IMG/VR virus record: IMGVR_UViG_3300027822_000003
Coordinates: 1 to 62,626 of that record
Strand: one strand, 5' to 3'
Length of the DNA: 62,626 nucleotides
DNA from: a virus
This document shows, in pieces, positions 1 to 8,595 of the stretch. Each line of letters opens with the position of its first letter. Position 1 is the first letter of the stretch. A program made the translations under genes and the position numbers. Under the pieces are notes generated by a model. That model saw only the letters and a list, made by a program, of their open reading frames with translations. It ran no database searches and had not been told where the DNA came from.

Positions 1-127
1 GGGGTAATCGGTGGTCTTGGTGCTACCGTCCCGATCGGGATTGCGAAGGCCATTGCAGCTTTATTTGATGCTGACGATCCAGAAGAAGAAATGATCAAGT
101 GGGCGGAGGATGCATTTGGCGGCGGTA
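1..127. repeat. Terminal overlap copy 1 (identical to 62500-62626)
   Basis: Direct comparison: ggggtaatcggtggtcttggtgctaccgtcccgatcggg...gcatttggcggcggta occurs at both ends. Confidence 0.95.
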
Positions 128-747
128 AGCTGGCAAGGTACGGATTACCCGGACTGCTTGGGATATCCTTAAAAGGCAGTCTCGCTACAAGGTTTGATGT
201 TCCAGAAACAACCCTTGACTGGTTCGGAGCTCCCGGTAATGTTGTAGCAGACATATGGGACGGCACAAAAAATCTTACAAAAGGTTTTTACCGCGAGGGA
301 TTTGAGCAGATCGCTCCGGTTGCGGCAAGAAACATTTCCCGGGGTTTGCGTGAATCAAGGGAAGGTGTTACCACAAGAAGCGGTTCGCCTGTTTTCTTTG
401 GCAAGGATCGGCTTAAGGGCGACACGTACGATATGATGTTGCGCTGGCTGTCCTTCAATCCTACAGGCATTTCAGAGAAGCGCGAAATCCAATGGAATGA
501 ATACAAAACGATGGAGCGGTATAAAGAAAAACGGAGTGAATTATATAAACGATATAAAAGATTTTATTCTAAACCCCCAGGCAAGCGAAATACAAAAGAT
601 AAAGTTGACATTTTGGCCGATATAAGGGACTTCAATATAGAAGTGAAGCGCAAAAAAATATCACGCATTGTCAGGCCAATTACAAAACGGTCTATTAAAC
701 AGAGTATGCGGTCATTAAAACCGAGTAAACGTGAAAGGGAAAGATAA
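1..747 (+). CDS. C-terminal 248 codons of the giant polyvalent virion protein (continuation of 51070-62626 across the junction)
   Basis: Position 1 is in frame with track ORF 91-747. Position 62500 has the same phase (pos mod 3 = 1). Sequence reads GGVIGGLGATVPIGIAKAIAALF then KLARYGLPGLLG. Stop TAA at 745-747. Confidence 0.85.
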   Translation, partial: GVIGGLGATVPIGIAKAIAALFDADDPEEEMIKWAEDAFGGGKLARYGLPGLLGISLKGSLATRFDVPETTLDWFGAPGNVVADIWDGTKNLTKGFYREGFEQIAPVAARNISRGLRESREGVTTRSGSPVFFGKDRLKGDTYDMMLRWLSFNPTGISEKREIQWNEYKTMERYKEKRSELYKRYKRFYSKPPGKRNTKDKVDILADIRDFNIEVKRKKISRIVRPITKRSIKQSMRSLKPSKRERER

Positions 748-800
748 GAATAGACTTGATTTTTCCTATAAAGACTTATCATAAAAAAAGTAAATACAAT

Positions 801-1010
801 ATGAATTTTGGAAAAGCTTTTGAAGAAATACAAAAAGGTAAAAGTATGCGTCTTCCTGGTTGGTCGGAAGATGTAAAGATTAAAGTACAATTTCCGGATA
901 AAAACAGCAAAATGACTGCCCCCTATCTTTATGTTGAAAGCAGATATGGAATGGTTCCCTGGGAAGAAATAATGATTGAATTATTTTCTAAAGAATGGGA
1001 AGTAATCTAA
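801..1010 (+). CDS. DUF2829-like small protein (family that includes Thoeris anti-defence Tad2)
   Basis: ATG 801 gives MNFGKAFEEIQKGKSMRLPGW...MTAPYLYVESRYGMVPWEEIMIELFSKEWEVI. This matches the recalled DUF2829 pattern (F-G-x-A-x-x-x-x-x-x-G-K-x-x-R-x-x-GW ... PW ... DWE-V/I). The track start TTG 756 is also possible. Confidence 0.6.
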   Translation: MNFGKAFEEIQKGKSMRLPGWSEDVKIKVQFPDKNSKMTAPYLYVESRYGMVPWEEIMIELFSKEWEVI

Positions 1011-1049
1011 TCAAAAAAAAGCAGCTATGCTAACAAGAGGTAAAACAAA

Positions 1050-1397
1050 ATGATAGCCAGAGAGTACTATGATTGGACAAGTGATTCAAGCGGAGATGCT
1101 ACCGTAGCAATCCCTAATTTTAAGAGCTACATGATAACAGCCGTAAGGTCTGCGCCTGGTGAAAATGGAGATTTGTTAACAAATCTTCCGACAAATCTTT
1201 ATGGCATTGAACTCATTAACGATCTGACCGGAGCTGACGTTTTAGTAGGAGAAGGTGCTGGCAGAAGCGGGACGGTTGCAGACGATGCTCTAATAGCGGA
1301 CCCTCCTGTTTCTGTGCCAGGTACAATGACATTGACAATAGCCTCCGCCGGTGCAGGAAGGCAAGGCAGGGTTTATATCGACTTTAAGGCTACTTAG
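1050..1397 (+). CDS. hypothetical protein
   Basis: 115-aa ORF with aagagg 9 nt upstream of the ATG. Confidence 0.5.
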   Translation: MIAREYYDWTSDSSGDATVAIPNFKSYMITAVRSAPGENGDLLTNLPTNLYGIELINDLTGADVLVGEGAGRSGTVADDALIADPPVSVPGTMTLTIASAGAGRQGRVYIDFKAT

Positions 1398-1415
1398 GGA
1401 GAGAGGTAGGCATCC

Positions 1416-1586
1416 ATGAGCAATTGGACAGACAATCCTTGGACAACAAACCCTTGGACGACAACGCCATTTACAACAAATCCTTGGGGAGCGGATGATC
1501 CTGTAATTTATGAGGAAATAACCGATGGGACGGGAGACGCGATTACTGATAAAACAGACGGAACAGGAGAGGCGGTAACTGGATGA
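1416..1586 (+). CDS. 56-aa micro-protein with NPW(T/G)T repeats
   Basis: MSNWTDNPWTTNPWTTTPFTTNPWGADDP... Preceded by gagaggtagg. Its stop TGA overlaps the next ATG (ATGA at 1583-1586). Below the track's 60-aa cut-off. Confidence 0.45.
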   Translation: MSNWTDNPWTTNPWTTTPFTTNPWGADDPVIYEEITDGTGDAITDKTDGTGEAVTG

Positions 1587-1981
1587 AAGCAATGGAGATA
1601 AGAAAACAATTAAAGGCGTTCTTCCCATTTTTGGGGAGGGCGAACATCATCTTAACTGATCAAGAATACGATAATATCTATTCTGATGATTTACGTGGTG
1701 AAATTATTGATGTCGTCACGGAAGGTGATTGTGATGATGCATCGCGAAAACTCGAATACCACATTCGGGATATACGGGGACATCTCCAATGGCCGGTAGG
1801 CAGGGTTTTACTGGATAAAGTTGCAGGCAATAAGATTAACCATTCAATGATAGTTGCCATTTGTAATGATGGAGTCTTTCTTGTTGAGCCCCAAGCTGTA
1901 TGGGATATTGGAATTAAAGGGATGCAGAAAATGTGGAAGGCTAATAAAAAGGACGATCACTTCTATTCTGTTTACATTTAA
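1583..1981 (+). CDS. hypothetical protein
   Basis: 132-aa ORF, translationally coupled to the upstream micro-ORF. Confidence 0.5.
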   Translation: MKAMEIRKQLKAFFPFLGRANIILTDQEYDNIYSDDLRGEIIDVVTEGDCDDASRKLEYHIRDIRGHLQWPVGRVLLDKVAGNKINHSMIVAICNDGVFLVEPQAVWDIGIKGMQKMWKANKKDDHFYSVYI

Positions 1982-1990
1982 GAGGATGTT

Positions 1991-3595
1991 ATGAAAAAGT
2001 TTTTAATTTTAATTATGCTGGCCGGTGTTTTTTCGGGGTGTGCAGGACTTCAACAGTCAGAGCAAGCTAGAGCGCCTTTTGCTTCTTATAGTCTTGAGAC
2101 ACCTGCCGATGCTGATAAACTTTTATTTTCGGATACAGGTGATAGCGATACTCTACATACAGTTCTCGCCAATAATTTGCCTATTGGAACTGCTACGCAA
2201 GCTGCTTTAGATTTGAAAATTAATCTTTCTAACACGATTGATTATACAGCTTATCCAGTTGATACTTGGGGATTACGTACCGAATATGCTGAGTGCGATA
2301 GCATTTATCAGGCAATTAATGATAGCGCACTCAGCATTGATGACCTGCCGGACGCTACAGAAATTGCGGTGGGGGATGATTTAATAATCCAAAAGAGCGG
2401 CGGGACAACAAGTAAAATTGATGCAGTAATGTTTAGGCAATTGATAAACAAAGATCTTTTTGGTTCTGATGCTGTTATCGTTAGGCCAGAGGATGATTTA
2501 CTTGATACTATCAACGGGAATACTCTTCCTTGCACATTTATATTGACTCAAGGGACTCACTCTTTAGATGTAACGGACAATACGGGCGCTCTTGACCTGA
2601 CCGGCGCGAATTTTTTAGGATATGGGAAAGGTCAAACATTCTTAAATATTATCACCAGAGAAAATACGGTATTAAATTATATTAAAATAAATGGTGTTCT
2701 TTATTTTAGAGATTTAAGTATAGATATGTCTTCAGAGGATATTAGTAATAATTATCATTTTTTAAATGATACCGCAGATGCTCACATATATTTCATTGAT
2801 TGCGACGTTGAGCAATCGACTAATGAACCGTATTATTTTTTTGGTCAGACAGATAATACAAAAGAATTTAATTTATATATAAAAGATAGTACCTTTCTTA
2901 GTGAATATACAGCAGAGTTATTTCTTGCTTCAACAACGCCTCAATTAAAATTATATGCTGCTAATAGTTCAATTGGCGGTAGATATACATTTGATAATGC
3001 TACAAATAATTTACTAAAAGCAGATAATTGTGTTTTTACTAAAGAAATTCAATTTCTTAATTTAGATACAAATACAATAGATTTTTTTCTTTCAGATGTT
3101 ATTTTTAAGACATTACCAGTTACTTCTGGGGAGCATCCTGATTATAATATCCTCATAAGAGGCAATACTAATTATGTTTTGCCCACTACGGGCGGGGGTC
3201 TATTTTGGGAATTAAATATGCTAACAAAAATGGGGCTTACGAATACAGCTAATCAGTTTATCCCTTTTAAATATTGGAATTTAAGCGGAACTGCTTCAGT
3301 AACAGAAAATTATCAAGTAACCAGTCAGCCTATATTTAGTTTTAATATGAATGTAACATCAGCTACGAACCTTATATTGTCAAATGCTATGATGCCTTTT
3401 GATATGAGATTTTATTTAAAGGCTGGCGGAGAAGATTTAGCGGTAGCCACAAGCTATAGCAGCGGTTGGGTTTATACTGATCTGCCTGGGGAAACGATAA
3501 TAGATGTAAAAACAGTCCCTTGTTCTGCGGCATTTCCGGTATTCCCCGATTCTGCTTCTGATACTAAAATTCAAAGGCAGGTGATCGCATGGTAA
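1991..3595 (+). CDS. exported lipoprotein-type protein, Asn/Thr-rich beta-rich body (tail-spike or envelope-acting candidate)
   Basis: N-terminus MKKFLILIMLAGVFSGC has a lipobox-like FSGC. RBS gaggatg upstream. 534 aa. Confidence 0.4.
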   Translation: MKKFLILIMLAGVFSGCAGLQQSEQARAPFASYSLETPADADKLLFSDTGDSDTLHTVLANNLPIGTATQAALDLKINLSNTIDYTAYPVDTWGLRTEYAECDSIYQAINDSALSIDDLPDATEIAVGDDLIIQKSGGTTSKIDAVMFRQLINKDLFGSDAVIVRPEDDLLDTINGNTLPCTFILTQGTHSLDVTDNTGALDLTGANFLGYGKGQTFLNIITRENTVLNYIKINGVLYFRDLSIDMSSEDISNNYHFLNDTADAHIYFIDCDVEQSTNEPYYFFGQTDNTKEFNLYIKDSTFLSEYTAELFLASTTPQLKLYAANSSIGGRYTFDNATNNLLKADNCVFTKEIQFLNLDTNTIDFFLSDVIFKTLPVTSGEHPDYNILIRGNTNYVLPTTGGGLFWELNMLTKMGLTNTANQFIPFKYWNLSGTASVTENYQVTSQPIFSFNMNVTSATNLILSNAMMPFDMRFYLKAGGEDLAVATSYSSGWVYTDLPGETIIDVKTVPCSAAFPVFPDSASDTKIQRQVIAW

Positions 3596-4728
3596 AATAT
3601 TTAATTTTATTTTTATCTTTATTTTTCTCAACAAATGTTTTTGCATTACCTTATAATCAAATAACTATGACAAAAGAGCATGCAAGATTTGATTATTACT
3701 TACGAGGCAATGCCGATACTGAAAATGTATGGAATGGAGCCTCTCCATATACAGACCAATATTGTGACGATAATGTGTGGGTAGATGGGATTGACTTGGC
3801 ACCTGGGCCATCATTATCTGAAATGTGGCTTGATAGTGAGTCATTCGATAATGGTAGTTCTGAATGGAATTTCGGTACTTTTGTCTATGCGTCCAGTCCA
3901 TTAATTGAATTATCAGTTGATCATGATAGCCCTGGGACTAAAAAAGTGTTTCAGTCAAACAGGGTTAGTTGCGCAGGCGGGCAGTTTGAAACCGCTGGAA
4001 CCCATTACATTAACAGTGCCATTGAATTTGTTTACGACAACTCGGAGGGGGAGTATTGTACTACATCAAGTGCATGGATACCGACAATTGCTTACGCTTT
4101 CTATAGGATAGCAGATGATAAATGGGCGGATGGTTGGACAATATTCGATGTTCGTGCTGCGCTTAGAAAATCAGCGACTAATTATCCTAATTTTGGCTAT
4201 AACAGATCAACATATACAGGCACAAAAGTAGATGGGTATGGTATGCCTTCGCTATCAACAGCATTAACATATACCTTATCTGATTTACCTGTATTTTCAC
4301 CTTTTGTTAATTCAATAGAATATACAGAGCAAGGATTAAAAGTAGTTGGTGTTGATTGGATGAGTACTTTATTAGATAATACAACACTAGTTATTTTTGA
4401 TACTAAACCAAGTGAGAATGCTGTACCTTCTGATGGAGTTATTATTTTCGAGGGAAAATTTGAAACAACAGATGGAGAAATTTATATAGATTTAAAAGAT
4501 AAATATCCAAATATAGAACTTAATACAATATATTATTTATGTGTTTTTTCTAAGCATACAGATGGTTCATATACTTCTATGACTATTTATGAAAAAGAAG
4601 ATGGGACCATATATAATTTGGATCTATATGAGTTTCAAATAACTTCTTTCTTAAAAGATGTTAAAGCGTGGAGAACAAGTAGCGGTATGCTTAAAACTAA
4701 TTTAGGCAAAACAATAAACTTCGATTAG
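3589..4728 (+). CDS. exported protein (signal peptide), unknown function
   Basis: MVKYLILFLSLFFSTNVFA/LPY is a type I signal-peptide-like N-terminus. Overlaps the upstream stop. Confidence 0.45.
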   Translation: MVKYLILFLSLFFSTNVFALPYNQITMTKEHARFDYYLRGNADTENVWNGASPYTDQYCDDNVWVDGIDLAPGPSLSEMWLDSESFDNGSSEWNFGTFVYASSPLIELSVDHDSPGTKKVFQSNRVSCAGGQFETAGTHYINSAIEFVYDNSEGEYCTTSSAWIPTIAYAFYRIADDKWADGWTIFDVRAALRKSATNYPNFGYNRSTYTGTKVDGYGMPSLSTALTYTLSDLPVFSPFVNSIEYTEQGLKVVGVDWMSTLLDNTTLVIFDTKPSENAVPSDGVIIFEGKFETTDGEIYIDLKDKYPNIELNTIYYLCVFSKHTDGSYTSMTIYEKEDGTIYNLDLYEFQITSFLKDVKAWRTSSGMLKTNLGKTINFD

Positions 4729-4740
4729 AGGTGAAAAATT

Positions 4741-5760
4741 ATGTCCTTAAAAATTAAAACTTTAATTTCGTTGTTGTTTTTTTTAACAGCGAGTACGTGC
4801 AGCGCCACAATGATAGCGACAGGCGATTTAAAATTTATACGAGACCCTGTGACTGGTAGCACAAATATTGTAATTTATGATGGGGATAGTAATAATTATA
4901 CACTTTCTTTTCCTGATCTTACCACGGATAAAGTTTTTACTTTTCCGCTTGGTGAATTCCAGCCATCAGATGATGATTTAACAGACTTAGCAGAAGATGG
5001 TTCTTTAACTGGTGCTAAAGTCGGTTTTTCTGATTCAGACAGCAAATTTAGTTCTGACAATATTGATGCAGCGATGTCTGAATTAAATAATTTTATTAAC
5101 GGAGGTGTACCAAACAGCGTTACAGCAAAAGTAAACTGGTCTCAATTAGTGGATGTGCCTGCCGGATTTGCTGATGGAAGTGATGCAACAGGCACTGGTG
5201 GAGATCAAGAGGTAGATATTGTAACCACTGCGCCTCTTTTTATTGATGGAGGAGCCAATAAAGATAATGTTTTGCCTGGTACGGATGGGGATGTTACATT
5301 CAGCATTCCGGCCGCTACAAACATTGCACCAGGGCATATGACAGCCGTATCAATGGCTACCCTTGAGAACAACGCAAAGAATAAATATTCATTGACGATT
5401 AGTGGCGATGGCTCAGCAATTACCGCTGGCGTCAAATATGATGCCTTCTTTTTTATCCCGCGAGATTTAACGCTAACCGGCATAGCTTTGACTACAGATG
5501 AACAGGTCGGGTCCTGTACGGTAGACATTTGGGCTGGGGCTCTTGGTGGGACAACGGGCTTCCTGAACATCACGGATTCTAACAGTCTATTTAATGTCGC
5601 TACGCCACCATCAATAGCAGATGCAAGTTCTGACAACACTGTAGGTGTAAGTTCTTTTGATACAGATGAAGAAGACGTCACTCAATCAACAGTGATAGGA
5701 ATTAATGTTGATGCATGTGTATCCCTAACCAGAATTTGTATTATATTTTATTTTGAATAG
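4741..5760 (+). CDS. exported fibre-like protein
   Basis: MSLKIKTLISLLFFLTASTCSA hydrophobic leader. Gly/Asp/Thr-rich body. RBS gaggtg upstream. Confidence 0.4.
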   Translation: MSLKIKTLISLLFFLTASTCSATMIATGDLKFIRDPVTGSTNIVIYDGDSNNYTLSFPDLTTDKVFTFPLGEFQPSDDDLTDLAEDGSLTGAKVGFSDSDSKFSSDNIDAAMSELNNFINGGVPNSVTAKVNWSQLVDVPAGFADGSDATGTGGDQEVDIVTTAPLFIDGGANKDNVLPGTDGDVTFSIPAATNIAPGHMTAVSMATLENNAKNKYSLTISGDGSAITAGVKYDAFFFIPRDLTLTGIALTTDEQVGSCTVDIWAGALGGTTGFLNITDSNSLFNVATPPSIADASSDNTVGVSSFDTDEEDVTQSTVIGINVDACVSLTRICIIFYFE

Positions 5761-5769
5761 GATGGGAGT

Positions 5770-7320
5770 ATGAAAAAGATTATCTTAACAATTACATTAT
5801 TACTACTCTCCTCCTTTTGCTTTGCTGAAACGTATTATGTAAAGAATGGTGGAAACGATAGCCTTGCTGGCACTTCTGATGCTACTGCTTGGGAGACTGT
5901 CTCTAAGGTAAACAATACATCTATGGCTGTTGGAGATGATGTATATTTTAAATGTGGGGATACTTGGGATCTTACATATAGATTTGATATGGACTGGAAT
6001 GGGACAGTCGTTGATAGAGCAATTATTGGTTCGTATTATATGGATGGGGGAGTTGAAATACTTGGAGTGGCAGGGGACAAGCCAGTATTTGATTGTAACA
6101 AAGTATACCCAACAGGAGATTGGCCAGATTGTAGATATGGCCAAGTCGTTCAGGTCTACAATAGAGAGTACGTGACATTTAAAAATCTTCGGGTTGTAAA
6201 CTCTCGTGGGCACGGATTTAATTTTGCCTGGGGAACAAGCATAGAAGCTATAGGTCTTGAGACTGACTCCACAACAAGTTGTGGTATCCAGTTCTATGAT
6301 ATTGAAGGTGGGTTAATTGAAGATTGTGATGTTAGAGAATCCTCACAAATCTATTATGAATATCCTGATCATCTTTGGCCTGATGCTATTAATGTCTGTA
6401 GGTATAGTAACAACATAACTGTAAGGCACTGTAAGGTTTATGAGTCTTGGGGGGAGGGTATTGGAGTTTATTTTTATGCTACCAATACCATTATTGAAAA
6501 TAATATTATATATGACACGAGAAGCGGGAAAATATATGTTGCTAATTCAAAATATGTAATAATAAGAAATAATATAGTATACTCTACCACCAATAGTACA
6601 TATTGGAGGTGGCAAGGTGGAGTTAAGTTCCCAAGCAGTGGGATAACGCTTAATGACGAACCTTACGAAAGCCATATACCATTTATTAGTTATGCTGATG
6701 TGTACAACAACTTCGTAGCAGGATGCAATTGGGGCATAAGTTTAGCAACAAATAGTTTTGTACCCGAGGAGGATAATTTCCGAGAAGGGAATGTGTATAA
6801 CAATACTTTAGTGGATAATCGCACAAGTATCAGGACACATAATGGACCTTTCACTGATTGTAATATCAAAAACAATGTTGTATGGTCTATTACTTCTACA
6901 GGTGAATGGCCGGCACAAGATTGTGTATGTTATTATCCAGATGCTGCGAACGCAATTACTTGGAGCAATAACAACTGGACAACAACAGCAGCTTATCCTT
7001 ACTCTGGCGCAAGCGATGTTATAGGGGCGGCAAATCTTAAAAAGATAAGTGGCTGGCGTTCGATTGTTAATTGGGATGATTTAACTTATGATGATTTCTC
7101 TATAACGGCGACATCACCAGGAATAGAGACTGGCGCGAACCTTGGGGGTTCCTGGGAGGATCTACTTGAGGCCGAGAATATTAACTGGTCTAATGATTAT
7201 TTCCCCTCGAAAGATCAGGATAATTATGGAACTGGATGGGAAATGGGCGCTGACATCTATGATGTTGGCGGAGGGCCTGCCCCTGGGGTAGAAAAAATAT
7301 ACAAAGGATTATTTTTCTAA
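5770..7320 (+). CDS. exported right-handed parallel beta-helix protein (pectate-lyase-fold glycanase or depolymerase candidate)
   Basis: Signal peptide MKKIILTITLLLLSSFCFA/ET. Then YYVKNGGNDSLAGTSDATAWETVSKVNN...GDDVYFKCGDTW, the typical N-terminal cap of beta-helix polysaccharide lyases. Repeated N-x-I/V-x-x-N rungs (NNITVRHC, IIENNIIYD, IIRNNIVYS). Confidence 0.6.
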   Translation: MKKIILTITLLLLSSFCFAETYYVKNGGNDSLAGTSDATAWETVSKVNNTSMAVGDDVYFKCGDTWDLTYRFDMDWNGTVVDRAIIGSYYMDGGVEILGVAGDKPVFDCNKVYPTGDWPDCRYGQVVQVYNREYVTFKNLRVVNSRGHGFNFAWGTSIEAIGLETDSTTSCGIQFYDIEGGLIEDCDVRESSQIYYEYPDHLWPDAINVCRYSNNITVRHCKVYESWGEGIGVYFYATNTIIENNIIYDTRSGKIYVANSKYVIIRNNIVYSTTNSTYWRWQGGVKFPSSGITLNDEPYESHIPFISYADVYNNFVAGCNWGISLATNSFVPEEDNFREGNVYNNTLVDNRTSIRTHNGPFTDCNIKNNVVWSITSTGEWPAQDCVCYYPDAANAITWSNNNWTTTAAYPYSGASDVIGAANLKKISGWRSIVNWDDLTYDDFSITATSPGIETGANLGGSWEDLLEAENINWSNDYFPSKDQDNYGTGWEMGADIYDVGGGPAPGVEKIYKGLFF

Positions 7321-7718
7321 TGCTGATATATAATATTACAGGCGGACAAATAAGAAACGATCTTGCAGGGCATGGTTACTTTCATGCATCAAGGTCAAAC
7401 GACAAAGGGCCCTATCAACATAAGGGAATTGACATTACCTGCCAAGTGGGACAGGAATGCTGGTCACCGATAACAGGCATAATCAAACGTAAGGTTCGGG
7501 TATACTCTGACACAGCGCTTTATACCGGATATGAAATTGCTAATAATGATCTATGTTTAAAGGTTCTGTATGTTAATATTCCCGAAGATCTTATCGGCAA
7601 AAAAGTCATGCAGGGAGACACTTTAGGACTTGCTCAAAATATAAATAAAAGATATCCTAAGTGTTTGCCACATGTGCACATAGAGATTGTTTGGATTAAC
7701 CCTTTGTTGTTAATGTAG
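7320..7718 (+). CDS. M23/LytM-family peptidoglycan endopeptidase (endolysin candidate)
   Basis: HxxxD motif (HKGID) and HxH motif (HVHIE) in the correct order and spacing. No signal peptide. Confidence 0.8.
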   Translation: MLIYNITGGQIRNDLAGHGYFHASRSNDKGPYQHKGIDITCQVGQECWSPITGIIKRKVRVYSDTALYTGYEIANNDLCLKVLYVNIPEDLIGKKVMQGDTLGLAQNINKRYPKCLPHVHIEIVWINPLLLM

Positions 7719-7731
7719 AGGTGTCAAAATT

Positions 7732-8238
7732 ATGAAAAACTTACCAATAGATGCAAAACTAATAATTTGTTATGCAATTTATTTTATTTTGTGTTCTGTC
7801 TTAATCGCTTCGATGGTCAGAGCGCAAGATTCTGTTAGAATGATATTTTCCTGGGATGCTGTAACAACAAATGCAGACGGAACCCCATGCAATGATTTGG
7901 CAGGATATGTGATTTATAAAAGTAGAATAAATACTCCTGAAAACTGGGAAACTTTATTGACTAAAGAACAGGCTGTTGCAATTATACCACCAGACCAGAA
8001 CAGTGCTTTTATTTATATTCTTGAAGGAGGTGTCTGGTATTGGGCTATTCGGGCATTTGATAGCAATTGTAACATTGGTGGTTATGGCGGGCCTGAAAAT
8101 ATTATAATGACAGATGTTGACGCAACAATCCCCGGTGTTGTTGTAGGGTATAGTTATTGCAATCAAGGTGATTTTAATTGTGACGGTGTTATTGATGGCG
8201 CCGACCTTGCTATCTTTGCTCAAAATTTTGGGAAATAA
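7732..8238 (+). CDS. exported FN3-like plus dockerin-type (EF-hand-like) repeat protein
   Basis: Hydrophobic leader ending VRA/QD. C-terminal GDFNCDGVIDGADLAIFAQNFG matches the dockerin DxNxDGxVDxxDL repeat. Confidence 0.55.
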   Translation: MKNLPIDAKLIICYAIYFILCSVLIASMVRAQDSVRMIFSWDAVTTNADGTPCNDLAGYVIYKSRINTPENWETLLTKEQAVAIIPPDQNSAFIYILEGGVWYWAIRAFDSNCNIGGYGGPENIIMTDVDATIPGVVVGYSYCNQGDFNCDGVIDGADLAIFAQNFGK

Positions 8239-8240
8239 AT

Positions 8241-8411
8241 ATGAAAAAAATTAGTATAATACTATTCGGAATAATGTTGCTATCTGGTTGTACTTATAAC
8301 GTAAGCCTGGTAAACGGAACCAAAAACGAAACAGGCGTTAATGCTCCTGTCGATAAAAACATCCCTGTTTCAACCGATATTAAGGTTCCATCATCCGTTA
8401 CAGGAGGATAA
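8241..8411 (+). CDS. small lipoprotein (outer-membrane spanin-like)
   Basis: MKKISIILFGIMLLSGC with lipobox LLSGC. 56 aa. Inside the lysis cluster. Below the track cut-off. Confidence 0.5.
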   Translation: MKKISIILFGIMLLSGCTYNVSLVNGTKNETGVNAPVDKNIPVSTDIKVPSSVTGG

Positions 8412-8412
8412 A

Positions 8413-8595
8413 ATGAAATTTTCAGACGAGCAGATTTGCATAGTTGCACTTTTTCTTTTGGGAGCTGGGTCTCTTATCGGATCATTTTGCGTTAATGGGA
8501 GTGCAAGTGTTGTTCTTGCCTCAAATTCTCAAAATGTAATATGCGGCCTTTTAGGGTTTTTGACTAAAGGTATAATGGATGAGGGGAAAGAATGA
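8413..8595 (+). CDS. holin-like two-TM protein
   Basis: ATG 8413 preceded by aggagga. MKFSDEQICIVALFLLGAGSLIGSF...VICGLLGFLTKG has two hydrophobic helices and a charged C-terminus. Confidence 0.5.
   Translation: MKFSDEQICIVALFLLGAGSLIGSFCVNGSASVVLASNSQNVICGLLGFLTKGIMDEGKE

Noticed and set aside
1-127. A biological 127-bp direct terminal repeat
   Set aside because: The length equals a typical assembler k-mer, and the repeat falls in the middle of a codon-continuous gene. It is more simply a circular-assembly overlap, although fixed ends cannot be excluded without read data.
91-747. Track ORF 91-747 taken as an independent 218-aa gene
   Set aside because: The frame is open from position 1. 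Its first codons (MIKWAEDAFGGG) are duplicated at 62590-62626 inside the giant ORF, so it is the C-terminus of that ORF and not a separate gene.
1583-1981. Papain/transglutaminase-like cysteine peptidase call (GDCDDAS ... NHSMIVAI ... D)
   Set aside because: It rests only on a spaced Cys/His/Asp pattern that I could not anchor to a remembered family. That is too weak to annotate.
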